Virus record (IMG/VR): IMGVR_UViG_3300049594_000052
Span: 1 to 27,513 of that record
Direction: 5' to 3' (one strand)
Length of the DNA: 27,513 nt
Source: a virus
Taxonomy: Duplodnaviria; Caudoviricetes
In this document: positions 10,100 to 18,518 of the stretch, in pieces
How the letters are laid out: each line of letters starts with the position of its first letter
Position numbering within the stretch: the first letter of the stretch is position 1
Notes under the pieces: model-generated
The model's input: only the letters and a program-made list of their open reading frames with translations
What the model was told of the DNA's origin: nothing
Databases searched by the model: none
Position numbers and translations under genes: made by a program

Positions 10100-10598
10100 A
10101 CAAGATAAGGCGTTGGCGCGTCAAACCGCTGACGCCTTCATCCAATGGTCAATACAAACACAAAGCACCGACAGGCCGCACACCAGGTATAAAGCCTGGG
10201 AATCAGATCATCAAAGAAAACAGCAAATGCAATTGGCCTATGCAGCAGAAATAGCTATTGCCAGGCTTTTAAACCTTCCCTGGAATGGCCTGGATACCTT
10301 CAAAAACAAAGCCGATGTGGGCGATAATATCGAGGTGCGATACTCCTCAGTGCCGTACTTAATCCTGCGGCCTAATGATCGCGAGAGCGACATTGCCTTT
10401 CTAGTGCAGGGTTCTACTTTAGATCGCTTATTCTTAGGCGGCTTTATGCCTGTAAAAATGGGCAGAACGCCAACCTACAAGCTAAAGGATGAAGAGACCT
10501 GGTTTATACCCAGAGAGTCCTTGTATGCCTTTATACCGCAGTACCAGGCTGTCCAGGCGTTTCTACAGCGCTTAGCGACTCGAAGCCAAACACCGTGA
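10074..10598 (+). CDS. Hypothetical protein, possible PD-(D/E)xK-like nuclease fold
   Basis: AAEIAIAR...ADVGDNIEVR resembles the E..D..ExK/R catalytic pattern. Confidence 0.45.
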   Translation: MMKPLILTEQDKALARQTADAFIQWSIQTQSTDRPHTRYKAWESDHQRKQQMQLAYAAEIAIARLLNLPWNGLDTFKNKADVGDNIEVRYSSVPYLILRPNDRESDIAFLVQGSTLDRLFLGGFMPVKMGRTPTYKLKDEETWFIPRESLYAFIPQYQAVQAFLQRLATRSQTP

Positions 10599-10599
10599 T

Positions 10600-10927
10600 G
10601 GCCTTTATAGGGCCTCTAAGGGGCTTTTTAGCCTCTTTCAGGGTGTGGATGTAGGCAAGTTCCCACAGGCTCGTCGTGGTCGCTTGTGGGCGGCAGGTGG
10701 GGTGGCTGCGGACCACCCCATTTGCCATTTATAGCCAGTGTCTATTTGACGTCTTGTCCGAGGGTAGGTCTATATTTTGCCCTGGTCGTAAGACTGGGGC
10801 AGGAACACCAGCAGCGACGGTCGACGGTCAAGTGATCGGATACCGAGACGCAGTGATTTCTCCGTACTCACCTAAATTTAATTTGGGGGGGTAGGGGGGG
10901 CATTTCACTGCAACTCAGGTCTCTGGT
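10600..10927 (+). ncRNA. Highly structured non-coding element (candidate ncRNA / origin primer RNA)
   Basis: Hairpins at 10662-10690, 10692-10726 and 10775-10804 (GUAA tetraloop), plus a long stem 10842-10927. Many G-U pairs on the + strand. Confidence 0.5.
10746..10776 (+). promoter_or_regulatory. Possible housekeeping-sigma promoter
   Basis: TTGACG-N19-TATATT; the spacer is long. Confidence 0.35.
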
Positions 10928-10996
10928 CAAATAGAAATAAAGAAATAAAGATTAAAATAATCAACTGATAAATCCCTACCAATGAAGGGAAAGTAA

Positions 10997-11206
10997 ATGA
11001 CACTTAACATCAACATTGGCATAGGGGAAATAACAACAGAAATCTGCTCAGATGAATCTTTATCATTTGAGGCAATTGAAACACTTTTAAACAGATCTGT
11101 GCAAAGCGTCTTGGTAATGTTTAACTCATTAGACGCAAAGGATCGCAGCCTCGTTCTAGGATTGGAAGACGCTGATGACGAGACGGACGAAGAGGAAGAC
11201 GCCTGA
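10997..11206 (+). CDS. Hypothetical protein with acidic C-terminus
   Basis: GAAGGGA RBS, ORF of 69 aa. Confidence 0.6.
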   Translation: MTLNINIGIGEITTEICSDESLSFEAIETLLNRSVQSVLVMFNSLDAKDRSLVLGLEDADDETDEEEDA

Positions 11207-11564
11207 AGGCTACAGGTACTGCAATAGTTGTAGGCAGGTATTAGCTACATCGCAATTCGGCTGGTCTAGCAAGGCTCGCAACAAATTACGGCACGATTGT
11301 AAGAATTGCCGAAACCTACACAAGTGGGTACTTCGCAGGGTAAAATCGGAGCGTGAACAGCTCCTCGTTGCACAGAAACAGTGCTGCGCCATTTGCGGCA
11401 TACATAACGACATCAGTCGACTGGGAGTCGATCACAATCACAAAACACAAGCCATACGCGGCCTTCTATGCCACGACTGCAACACTGGTCTGGCAGCCTT
11501 TGAAGACGACTCAGATTTACTTACAACGGCAGTGATTTACCTTCTAGCAAGGGAGAATGAATGA
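11175..11564 (+). CDS. Endonuclease VII-like (His-Me finger) protein
   Basis: CAIC...VDHNHKTQAIRGLLCHDCNTGL plus N-terminal CxxC...CxxC. Confidence 0.85.
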   Translation: MTRRTKRKTPEGYRYCNSCRQVLATSQFGWSSKARNKLRHDCKNCRNLHKWVLRRVKSEREQLLVAQKQCCAICGIHNDISRLGVDHNHKTQAIRGLLCHDCNTGLAAFEDDSDLLTTAVIYLLARENE

Positions 11565-11887
11565 AATTAGCTTCTATATTCCTAGCATTGGCACTAAATA
11601 CGCCAGATGGCTATCAGCAATATGCATTTAAGTACATAGAGAAATACGAGCGGCCTTGTATCAAGGAGCTTTGGAGATTAGAGAGCAATTGGCGTCCAGA
11701 GGCCAAATCTTTAACACACGATTACGGAATACCACAGCGACATATGAAGCACAATACAAAGAAGCAAATCGCCAAGTTTAGATCGGACCCTTTAAAGCAA
11801 ATCGACTGGGGTATAGGCTACGTCCGACATCGTTATAATGATTTCTGTACAGCTCTAGACCACCACCGTACGCGTGGTTGGTATTAA
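11561..11887 (+). CDS. Lytic transglycosylase (SLT-like) with N-terminal hydrophobic segment
   Basis: LWRLESNWRP catalytic Glu, YGIPQ, QIDWGIGYVRHRY and C-terminal GWY. Confidence 0.75.
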   Translation: MKLASIFLALALNTPDGYQQYAFKYIEKYERPCIKELWRLESNWRPEAKSLTHDYGIPQRHMKHNTKKQIAKFRSDPLKQIDWGIGYVRHRYNDFCTALDHHRTRGWY

Positions 11888-11905
11888 TCAAACGAAGGGA
11901 CAGTT

Positions 11906-12673
11906 ATGGATTTAAGAGAAAAAGTAACTATTGGCGTGTGTTCGCCAGGTCAATGGCACGCGATGTTTGCCACAAGCATCATCGATATAGCAAGAAGCCA
12001 AGCAGTATTGGGACAACTTATAAGCTTAGAAGGATCAGGTGTTATAAGCCGATTACGTAATCAGGTTGTAGCTACCTTTTTAGAAAGAACAACAGATGAT
12101 TGGTTGCTGCAAATAGATACTGATCAGATTATAAGCGTCGATATGTTTAAAAAACTTATAGCGGCGGCCGATAAGGATGAAAGGCCAATCGTTTCAGGAG
12201 TTGTTCACGCAGGTTGGGATACCAATAACCTATATCCAGAACCTGTACCTTGCGTGTTTAAGATAGGCGAAGATGGCGGTTTATTTAGTATGCACGAATA
12301 CCCAGAGGACACGGTGGTAGAGATAGATGCTGCTGGTACAGGTTGCCTATTGGTACACCGTCGTGTGTTTGAAGAGATGCGTGATAAGGCCGATAAGGTT
12401 CAGGAAGCTGATAAGTGGTGTTGGTATAGGGATATGCCTATAAACGGTTCCTGGGTAGGTGAAGACATATTCTGGTCTATACGTGTGAAAGCGTTAGGTT
12501 ATAAGATGTTTTGCCATACAGGTGTGCAGCTACCACATAAACGTAGCTATTGGTTAAAGCGTGATCACCACAAGGACTATGGTCGTTATGTAGACGCCAG
12601 GCATCAAAGCGCAGAGCAACACCTAGAAGTAGCCAACGACGTGAGTCTTGGCGTCAAAGGAGAAAAAGATTAA
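11906..12673 (+). CDS. Glycosyltransferase (GT-A, GT2-like)
   Basis: WLLQIDTD (DxD), DAAGTGCLLVHRRVFE, GEDIFW and LPH. Confidence 0.8.
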   Translation: MDLREKVTIGVCSPGQWHAMFATSIIDIARSQAVLGQLISLEGSGVISRLRNQVVATFLERTTDDWLLQIDTDQIISVDMFKKLIAAADKDERPIVSGVVHAGWDTNNLYPEPVPCVFKIGEDGGLFSMHEYPEDTVVEIDAAGTGCLLVHRRVFEEMRDKADKVQEADKWCWYRDMPINGSWVGEDIFWSIRVKALGYKMFCHTGVQLPHKRSYWLKRDHHKDYGRYVDARHQSAEQHLEVANDVSLGVKGEKD

Positions 12674-12930
12674 TGGCAACAACCTCAAGTGTTATAACCG
12701 TAACCACTACAGCGCAGACTATTGTCAGCGTTGATAACGTGACGCAGTATGTGCAACTACACGCTAAAGGCTCTACTTACCTGGGCGCTGTAGACGTGAC
12801 AACCTCGACAGGGTTTCTGATGGATAACGACGACCACGTGGCGCTGGTGATACCGCAAGGATGCAGCCTTAGTGCCGTCGCAAACAGTGGGTCGCATACT
12901 TTATACGTGCTAACTACGCGTGTGGATTGA
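12673..12930 (+). CDS. Small Thr/Val-rich beta protein, possible virion decoration protein
   Basis: ITVTTTA...YLGAVDVTTSTGFL alternating beta pattern. Confidence 0.45.
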   Translation: MATTSSVITVTTTAQTIVSVDNVTQYVQLHAKGSTYLGAVDVTTSTGFLMDNDDHVALVIPQGCSLSAVANSGSHTLYVLTTRVD

Positions 12931-12937
12931 TTAGATG

Positions 12938-13000
12938 TCCGTTTTTTCCCACGCTCATTGGCTTGGATATGCCGCCCCCCCTGCGAAATCTCTCCCCCCT
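12938..13000. other. Putative packaging (cos-proximal) sequence
   Basis: Intergenic pyrimidine tracts CCGTTTTTTCCC, GCCGCCCCCCC and ATCTCTCCCCC directly before the HNH-MTase-terminase block. Confidence 0.35.
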
Positions 13001-13036
13001 GGCGCATAATGAAAAAACATAGGGACTTTATTTAGG

Positions 13037-13300
13037 ATGGGACAATCTTTGAACTCTCGGCGGTATTCCAGTGTTTATAGACGTATCAGAAAGAAAATGC
13101 TGGAATCAAATCCAATCTGTCATTATTGCAGACTTAATGTGGCGGACACTATTGATCACGAACCACCGCTTGCGAGCTTTCCAGCTCCAGAGCTGTGGGT
13201 CGGTAAGTTGTACCCTTGCTGCGCTAAGTGCAATTCAAGTCGCGGAGCTAAATACTTAAATAAAAAGAAAGCGATACGAATGAGGTCGAGACCGTGGTAG
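13037..13300 (+). CDS. HNH endonuclease (terminase-associated type)
   Basis: CHYC...DTIDHEPP...CAKCNSSRG, located upstream of the terminase genes. Confidence 0.85.
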   Translation: MGQSLNSRRYSSVYRRIRKKMLESNPICHYCRLNVADTIDHEPPLASFPAPELWVGKLYPCCAKCNSSRGAKYLNKKKAIRMRSRPW

Positions 13301-14469
13301 AACCTTTAGAGATACACGTGTTGCCAATTAGCGAACTAACACCTGATCCAAACAACGCTCGCATTCATAAGCGTAAGTCGCTGGATGCCTTATGCGAGAG
13401 CCTGTCTACCTTTGGGCAACGTAAGCCAATATTGATTACAAAGGACAAAGTTGTCATTGCAGGGAACGGAACCTTAGCTGCGGCACAGATACTAGAGTGG
13501 GAAACTATCAACTGCACCTATGTGCCATCTGAATGGACGCAGCAACAGATTACGGCTTACGCGTTAGCAGATAACGCAACGGCGGAGTTAAGTTCCTGGG
13601 ATGAGGATTTGCTACAGGTACAACTAGAGGGACTTAAGGACCTTGAAGCTAATTTAGGCGTATTAGGACTTCCAAGAATTAAGCCTAACCTAGACAATAT
13701 ACAAGAGGCCCAGGACTTTGATGCTAATAAGGTAAAAATAGAAACAGGTCAGCTTTGGATGCTTGGAAATAACAAATTGTTATGTGGGGACGCTAACGAC
13801 GCTAATAGCTATAAGAGGCTGTTGGGCGAAGATAAAGCAGACTGCGTTTGGACCGACCCACCTTATGGCGTGGCTTATGTGGGCAAAACAGCAGATGCTC
13901 TAACGATAGAAAACGACAACCTTTCTATACCTGAGATGGCTGCCTTCCTAACATCTATATTTGATCTGGTCGTAGATGCAACAAAGCCTGGAGCGGCTTG
14001 GTACGTGGCTGCGCCGCACGGTCGCGTTGGCCTTGCTTTCTCGCAAGCCCTAGATTCTTTGGATGTTTGGCGGCACAGTTTAGTATGGGTCAAAAACACA
14101 TTAGTTATGGGTCGAGCGGATTACCACTACAAGCACGAGGTCATATATTACGGCTGGACTCCTGGCGGCCCACATAAATGGACAGGCGATAGAAAACAGG
14201 ACACGCTGTTTCATTTCGACAAACCAGCCAGATCTGAGGAACATCCAACGATGAAGCCTGTCGCCTTAATAGCTGCAATGATTGCTAATTCAACCGCACC
14301 AGATGATGTAATACTTGATCCATTCATTGGCAGTGGCTCTACGCTTATAGCAGCCGAGCAATTAGGCAGGCGTTGTTACGGTATAGACATCGAGCCTAAG
14401 TACTGCGCGGCAACGATTACGCGCTGGCAAAACCTAACTGGCGAAAAGGCGGTATTGATTAATGGCTGA
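13294..14469 (+). CDS. ParB-like N-terminal domain fused to N4/N6 DNA methyltransferase
   Basis: PNNARIH...FGQRKPI...IAGNG; DPPY, HPTMKP and LDPFIGSGST. Confidence 0.92.
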   Translation: MVEPLEIHVLPISELTPDPNNARIHKRKSLDALCESLSTFGQRKPILITKDKVVIAGNGTLAAAQILEWETINCTYVPSEWTQQQITAYALADNATAELSSWDEDLLQVQLEGLKDLEANLGVLGLPRIKPNLDNIQEAQDFDANKVKIETGQLWMLGNNKLLCGDANDANSYKRLLGEDKADCVWTDPPYGVAYVGKTADALTIENDNLSIPEMAAFLTSIFDLVVDATKPGAAWYVAAPHGRVGLAFSQALDSLDVWRHSLVWVKNTLVMGRADYHYKHEVIYYGWTPGGPHKWTGDRKQDTLFHFDKPARSEEHPTMKPVALIAAMIANSTAPDDVILDPFIGSGSTLIAAEQLGRRCYGIDIEPKYCAATITRWQNLTGEKAVLING

Positions 14470-14803
14470 GGTAGATACAGAAATACCAGAACAGATGCGG
14501 CCTTTATACGACGCCGTTATAGCTAGATTGAATCGTAAGTTGACTGAGGTAGAACTGCGCACGGTAAGGATGCTGTGCTGGTCTGCGCACGTTCATCAGA
14601 CGGCAATACAAACGGTGGCGGAAACAGGCTTATTAGTTAAGTCGCCAAGAGGAGCCATAATTCATCCACTGGTTAAAGTGGCAAAGGATGAAGCAGAAGC
14701 TTTTATTAAACTATCAAACCAGTTAAACCTTCGACCTACGCAAGACGGTGGAACCTCTGACCTATGGGACCAGCTGGCTTCAGAATTGCTAGGCAATGCC
14801 TAA
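14462..14803 (+). CDS. terS: Terminase small subunit (P27-like)
   Basis: GLLVKSPRGAIIHPLVK...LNLRP pattern, immediately upstream of TerL. Confidence 0.7.
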   Translation: MAEVDTEIPEQMRPLYDAVIARLNRKLTEVELRTVRMLCWSAHVHQTAIQTVAETGLLVKSPRGAIIHPLVKVAKDEAEAFIKLSNQLNLRPTQDGGTSDLWDQLASELLGNA

Positions 14804-16205
14804 GAAAACCGTTGTAACCTTAATACCTCCTAGATGGGGTACTACTCGTGACAAGCGTCGCAAAACCAGAGGTCCTTCGCTGGCCTTAGTAGCGCAAGCG
14901 ATGGGCTTCGAGCTATTTCCCTGGCAAAAATACGTGGTCGACACCGCTATGGAATATAGGAACGATCATTACGCCTATCGAACCGTTGGCGTAGCCGTAG
15001 GACGTCAGAACGGAAAAAGTTCTCTGGTTGCTACTCGCATTGCTTTCGAGGCCATTTCACCACGGCATCGAATTGCCTATACGGCCCAGGACCGCAATAT
15101 GGCAAGAGCGAAGTGGGAGGAACACGTAGAGATACTTTTAACCAGTCCATTTAAAAACAAAATTAAGCACGTGGTTAGAACAAACGGTAACGAACACGTT
15201 ATATTTAAAAACGGCAGCACGTATCAAATTACAACGCCAAACAATAAAGGCGGCAGAGGCTCCTCTCTTGATTTAGTAGTTATCGATGAAGCTTTGACGC
15301 ACGATCTGTCTTTAATAGGAGCTTTACAGCCAACGCTTGCTACCAAGCCAAATGGCCAACTTTGGATTTTAAGTAACGCAGGAGATGAACGTTCTACCTT
15401 GCTGGCTCACTACAGGAACCTGGCGCATACAAACTTACAAGACGGACAATCAAGGCTGGCTTGGTTTGAATGGGCTCCACACGAAGACAAGTTTGACCAC
15501 TTGGATGAAAAGGTGTGGCGACAGGCAATCCCATCGCTAGGGCAGAAAAAGGGTGTCACAATAGAAGCGGTACGCGAAGCCGCAAATACAAATGCACCAG
15601 AAATATTCACGAGGGAATGGTTAAACGTATGGGCTGCCAAAGAGGCTACACAGGTGATTGACACAGAACTATGGGACGGCCTAGTTCGCAGCGACGTCAT
15701 CATCGGAGGAGACGTTGTGCTGGGCGTAGATATGACGCGAGAACGCGACAAGGCTTGCATCGCAGCCACAGGATTTGTTTCTGGCCTAAACCCCATCGAG
15801 ATAGTCGATATGCGCGATGGCACCGCGTGGCTACAGCCGCGCTTGATTGAAGTAGCTAAGAAGTGGAACGCGACCGTGGTAATAGATACAGGCAGCCCTG
15901 CGGCTTCAGTGCTTGGCCATCTAGAACTGGCAGGGATTAAGGTGCTGGCTATCGGTCTGCAGGAGTACGCTCGCGCTTGTGGTAATTTCTATGACGCGGT
16001 GCAAGCACGGAGCGTATGCCATCTAGGTGATGACAATTTGCGCCAGGCAATTCTAGGTTCTGCAAAGAGACCTTTAGGAGATGCTTGGGCTTGGAACAGG
16101 AGAAGCACTAGCAATATAACTCCATTAGTAGCAGCCACACTTGCTCACTATGGAATGACAAATCTACCAACGGAAGTTCCAATATTAAGGAGCAGAATAT
16201 TTTGA
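14796..16205 (+). CDS. terL: Terminase large subunit
   Basis: LFPWQ, Walker A GRQNGKS, Walker B LVVIDEA, SNAG, and nuclease LGVD. Confidence 0.95.
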   Translation: MPKKTVVTLIPPRWGTTRDKRRKTRGPSLALVAQAMGFELFPWQKYVVDTAMEYRNDHYAYRTVGVAVGRQNGKSSLVATRIAFEAISPRHRIAYTAQDRNMARAKWEEHVEILLTSPFKNKIKHVVRTNGNEHVIFKNGSTYQITTPNNKGGRGSSLDLVVIDEALTHDLSLIGALQPTLATKPNGQLWILSNAGDERSTLLAHYRNLAHTNLQDGQSRLAWFEWAPHEDKFDHLDEKVWRQAIPSLGQKKGVTIEAVREAANTNAPEIFTREWLNVWAAKEATQVIDTELWDGLVRSDVIIGGDVVLGVDMTRERDKACIAATGFVSGLNPIEIVDMRDGTAWLQPRLIEVAKKWNATVVIDTGSPAASVLGHLELAGIKVLAIGLQEYARACGNFYDAVQARSVCHLGDDNLRQAILGSAKRPLGDAWAWNRRSTSNITPLVAATLAHYGMTNLPTEVPILRSRIF

Positions 16206-16351
16206 ACCAGAAACTAGCTATTGTTTTACAACTTGTAGGGGCAGCATTAATGATCTATGGCGTGTCGGTTATTGACTGGCCATTTGCGATAGTATTAGGG
16301 GGACTTTTCAGCATCCTCTTTGGCGTGGCTTTGGAGAGAAGGATTAAATAA
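16202..16351 (+). CDS. Small two-TM membrane protein (49 aa, TTG start; not in ORF track)
   Basis: AAGGAG RBS; MNQKLAIVLQLVGAALMIYGVSVIDWPFAIVLGGLFSILFGVALERRIK. Overlaps both neighbours. Confidence 0.7.
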   Translation: MNQKLAIVLQLVGAALMIYGVSVIDWPFAIVLGGLFSILFGVALERRIK

Positions 16352-17532
16352 TGCTTGGACGACTTCTTAAACGACAGATTCAACCTTCAGTCGTTTATAC
16401 CTCGTCTGGCTATGTAGATTCACTTGGCCGTGTAGGTCGCGCATTTCAGGCTAACTGGTCAGGCACGTATGTAGATACAAATACTGCGCTCGGTGTTCCA
16501 GCTATTTATAGAGGCGTCACTTTGATTGCTGATGCAATTGGCGCTCTTGGAATACATAGTTATAGAAACGGACGACTTGTAACGCCAACGCCAAAACTAT
16601 TAGAAAGACCTAATCCACAAGAAACGCGGATGGAAACTATATCTGCAATGGCCGCATCTTTAATCTTGGATGGAAATTATATTGCGGTACTAGGTCCTTC
16701 TAATGCTAACGGCCTCCCTGATTTCTTTTATCCTGTGGCAATTGATCGCGTACACGTAACGCGCAAAGATGGACAGATAATTTACAGAATAGACGAGCGC
16801 CAATATGATGCTAGTGAAATATTACATATAAAAAACTTTGCTTTACCAGGAGAGTTCTTTGGCCGCGGCATTGTACAAACGCAAAAACAGGCCATTGGTA
16901 AAGAAATAGCTATCAACGAATATGCGTCGAGATATTTTGATGGTGGGGTAAATCCTACGGCTGTTATTAAGTCAGGTAATCCTGATTTAACACAAGAGGA
17001 AGCGGAAGCTTTAAAGTCTGCTTGGTTAGCAATGTATAGCGGTCGCAACAGAATGCCAGCAGTACTGAATAGCACCACAGATTTTGAGATTTTAAGTAGC
17101 AACGCTCAAGAGTCGCAATTAATAGAAGCGCAACTTGCTGGCTTAACTGAAGCTGCAAATATTTTAGGATTACCTGCTTATTATCTAGGCGCTCCTAATA
17201 GTTCCAGGACTTATGCAAACGTTGAACAGGAAAACCTACAACTTGTAAGATGGTCAATACAGCCAATAGCAGAGCGCATTGAACAATCATTGAGCGATCT
17301 ATTAGTGCGCGGACAGTACGCCAAGTTTAATTATGATGCCTTACTAAGAACTGATACTTTATCAAGATACCAAGCACACGCCGTTGGTATTTCTAGTGGA
17401 TTCCTAACCGTAGATGAGGTGCGCGAAATGGAAAACAGAGACCCAATCACACCAGTAGATATAGAACCGATTGATACTGAGGAACCAGATCTCAGCGATG
17501 TTGGAGAGGAAGAAGATGACGACGTCGAGTAA
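16351..17532 (+). CDS. Portal protein, HK97 family
   Basis: LLERPNP, LILDGNY, ILHIKNF, YANVEQ and LTVDEVREMEN. Confidence 0.95.
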   Translation: MLGRLLKRQIQPSVVYTSSGYVDSLGRVGRAFQANWSGTYVDTNTALGVPAIYRGVTLIADAIGALGIHSYRNGRLVTPTPKLLERPNPQETRMETISAMAASLILDGNYIAVLGPSNANGLPDFFYPVAIDRVHVTRKDGQIIYRIDERQYDASEILHIKNFALPGEFFGRGIVQTQKQAIGKEIAINEYASRYFDGGVNPTAVIKSGNPDLTQEEAEALKSAWLAMYSGRNRMPAVLNSTTDFEILSSNAQESQLIEAQLAGLTEAANILGLPAYYLGAPNSSRTYANVEQENLQLVRWSIQPIAERIEQSLSDLLVRGQYAKFNYDALLRTDTLSRYQAHAVGISSGFLTVDEVREMENRDPITPVDIEPIDTEEPDLSDVGEEEDDDVE

Positions 17533-18067
17533 TGAAATCCGCAGCTATGCTTTAGATCTAGCTATTAGACAAGATGCGGAAGGCCGCACCATCTATGGAA
17601 TTGCCGTGCCTTACGATAAAGAGCAGAAAGTTGCTGGCGATACAACAGAGGTCTTTAGAAGAGGCGCCTTTGCAGATGTTATAAAGGCTGCCCACCGTGT
17701 TAAATTGTTACGTAACCACGACGTTAAGAATCCGATAGGGAGAGCCACCCTACTGCGAGAGACCGACGAGGGACTCTACGCTGAATTTAAAATATCAAAG
17801 ACACGCGAAGGCGACGATGCTTTAGAGCTTGTTAAAGATGGAGCCTTAGATCAGCTATCAATAGGTTTTATGCCAATCAAGAATCGCAAACGCCAAGATG
17901 GCGTCATTGAAAGGCTCAAGGCGCATCTCGCCGAGGTTTCTTTGGTTACCTTTGGCGCTTACGGAGATATGGCTACCGTTAGCGGTGTGCGCTCAAATAT
18001 AGTCAATGAAACCCCACGCCTCGACGCTGCAAAGAAAATCTTAAGTGCCTTACAACATAAGCAATAG
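17516..18067 (+). CDS. Prohead protease, HK97 family
   Basis: GIAVPYD, LLRNHD (His), LSIGF (Ser) and EVSLVTFGAY. ATG 17516 follows GAGGA. Confidence 0.92.
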   Translation: MTTSSNEIRSYALDLAIRQDAEGRTIYGIAVPYDKEQKVAGDTTEVFRRGAFADVIKAAHRVKLLRNHDVKNPIGRATLLRETDEGLYAEFKISKTREGDDALELVKDGALDQLSIGFMPIKNRKRQDGVIERLKAHLAEVSLVTFGAYGDMATVSGVRSNIVNETPRLDAAKKILSALQHKQ

Positions 18068-18401
18068 CCATCCTGATTGCGATGGATTTGCTGTTGTTAA
18101 AACGGCCAATAATGAGTTGATGGGATGCCACCGAACCCAGGCTCAAGCTGAGGATCAACTAACAGCCATTCAACTGTCCGAGTTTGGCACTAGGGCCTTG
18201 CCAGATAACTATCGACCTGCAAATAGTCCTGATGTACCAGAGGGTCGCGCTTGCGGTAACTGTATTTATAACGAGAACTTATACTGCGTGAAATGGGAAG
18301 ATGAAGTAGCGGCCGACTACTACTGCAACGCTTGGGAACCGACACAGACTCGTACCAACCGTGCCTTAGCGATACTTAAAATGCTAAAGAATATACAGTA
18401 G
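18045..18401 (+). CDS. Cys-rich protein with HiPIP-like C-terminal domain
   Basis: NYRP...CGNCIY...C..W...V...YYCNAW four-Cys pattern. Confidence 0.55.
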   Translation: MPYNISNSHPDCDGFAVVKTANNELMGCHRTQAQAEDQLTAIQLSEFGTRALPDNYRPANSPDVPEGRACGNCIYNENLYCVKWEDEVAADYYCNAWEPTQTRTNRALAILKMLKNIQ

Positions 18402-18416
18402 GATTATCCAGAGTAA

Positions 18417-18484
18417 GACACCTCGGTAAGGCCGATGCGACACCTCGCTAGTTGCGACACCTCGCTCGCCAGACTCGACACCTC
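18417..18484 (+). repeat. Four copies of GACACCTC in the capsid gene leader
   Basis: Copies at 18417, 18439, 18456 and 18477. Confidence 0.9.
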
Positions 18485-18518
18485 TGCCAAATATCAACAT
18501 ATTATTTAGGAGAGCATT

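Noticed and set aside
10676-10894. 72 aa ORF in the structured region
   Set aside because: It has no RBS and no motif, and the sequence is better explained by base-pairing. It cannot be fully excluded.
18417-18484. Mini CRISPR array
   Set aside because: Repeats of 8-11 nt and spacers of 9-14 nt are far too short, and there are no cas genes.
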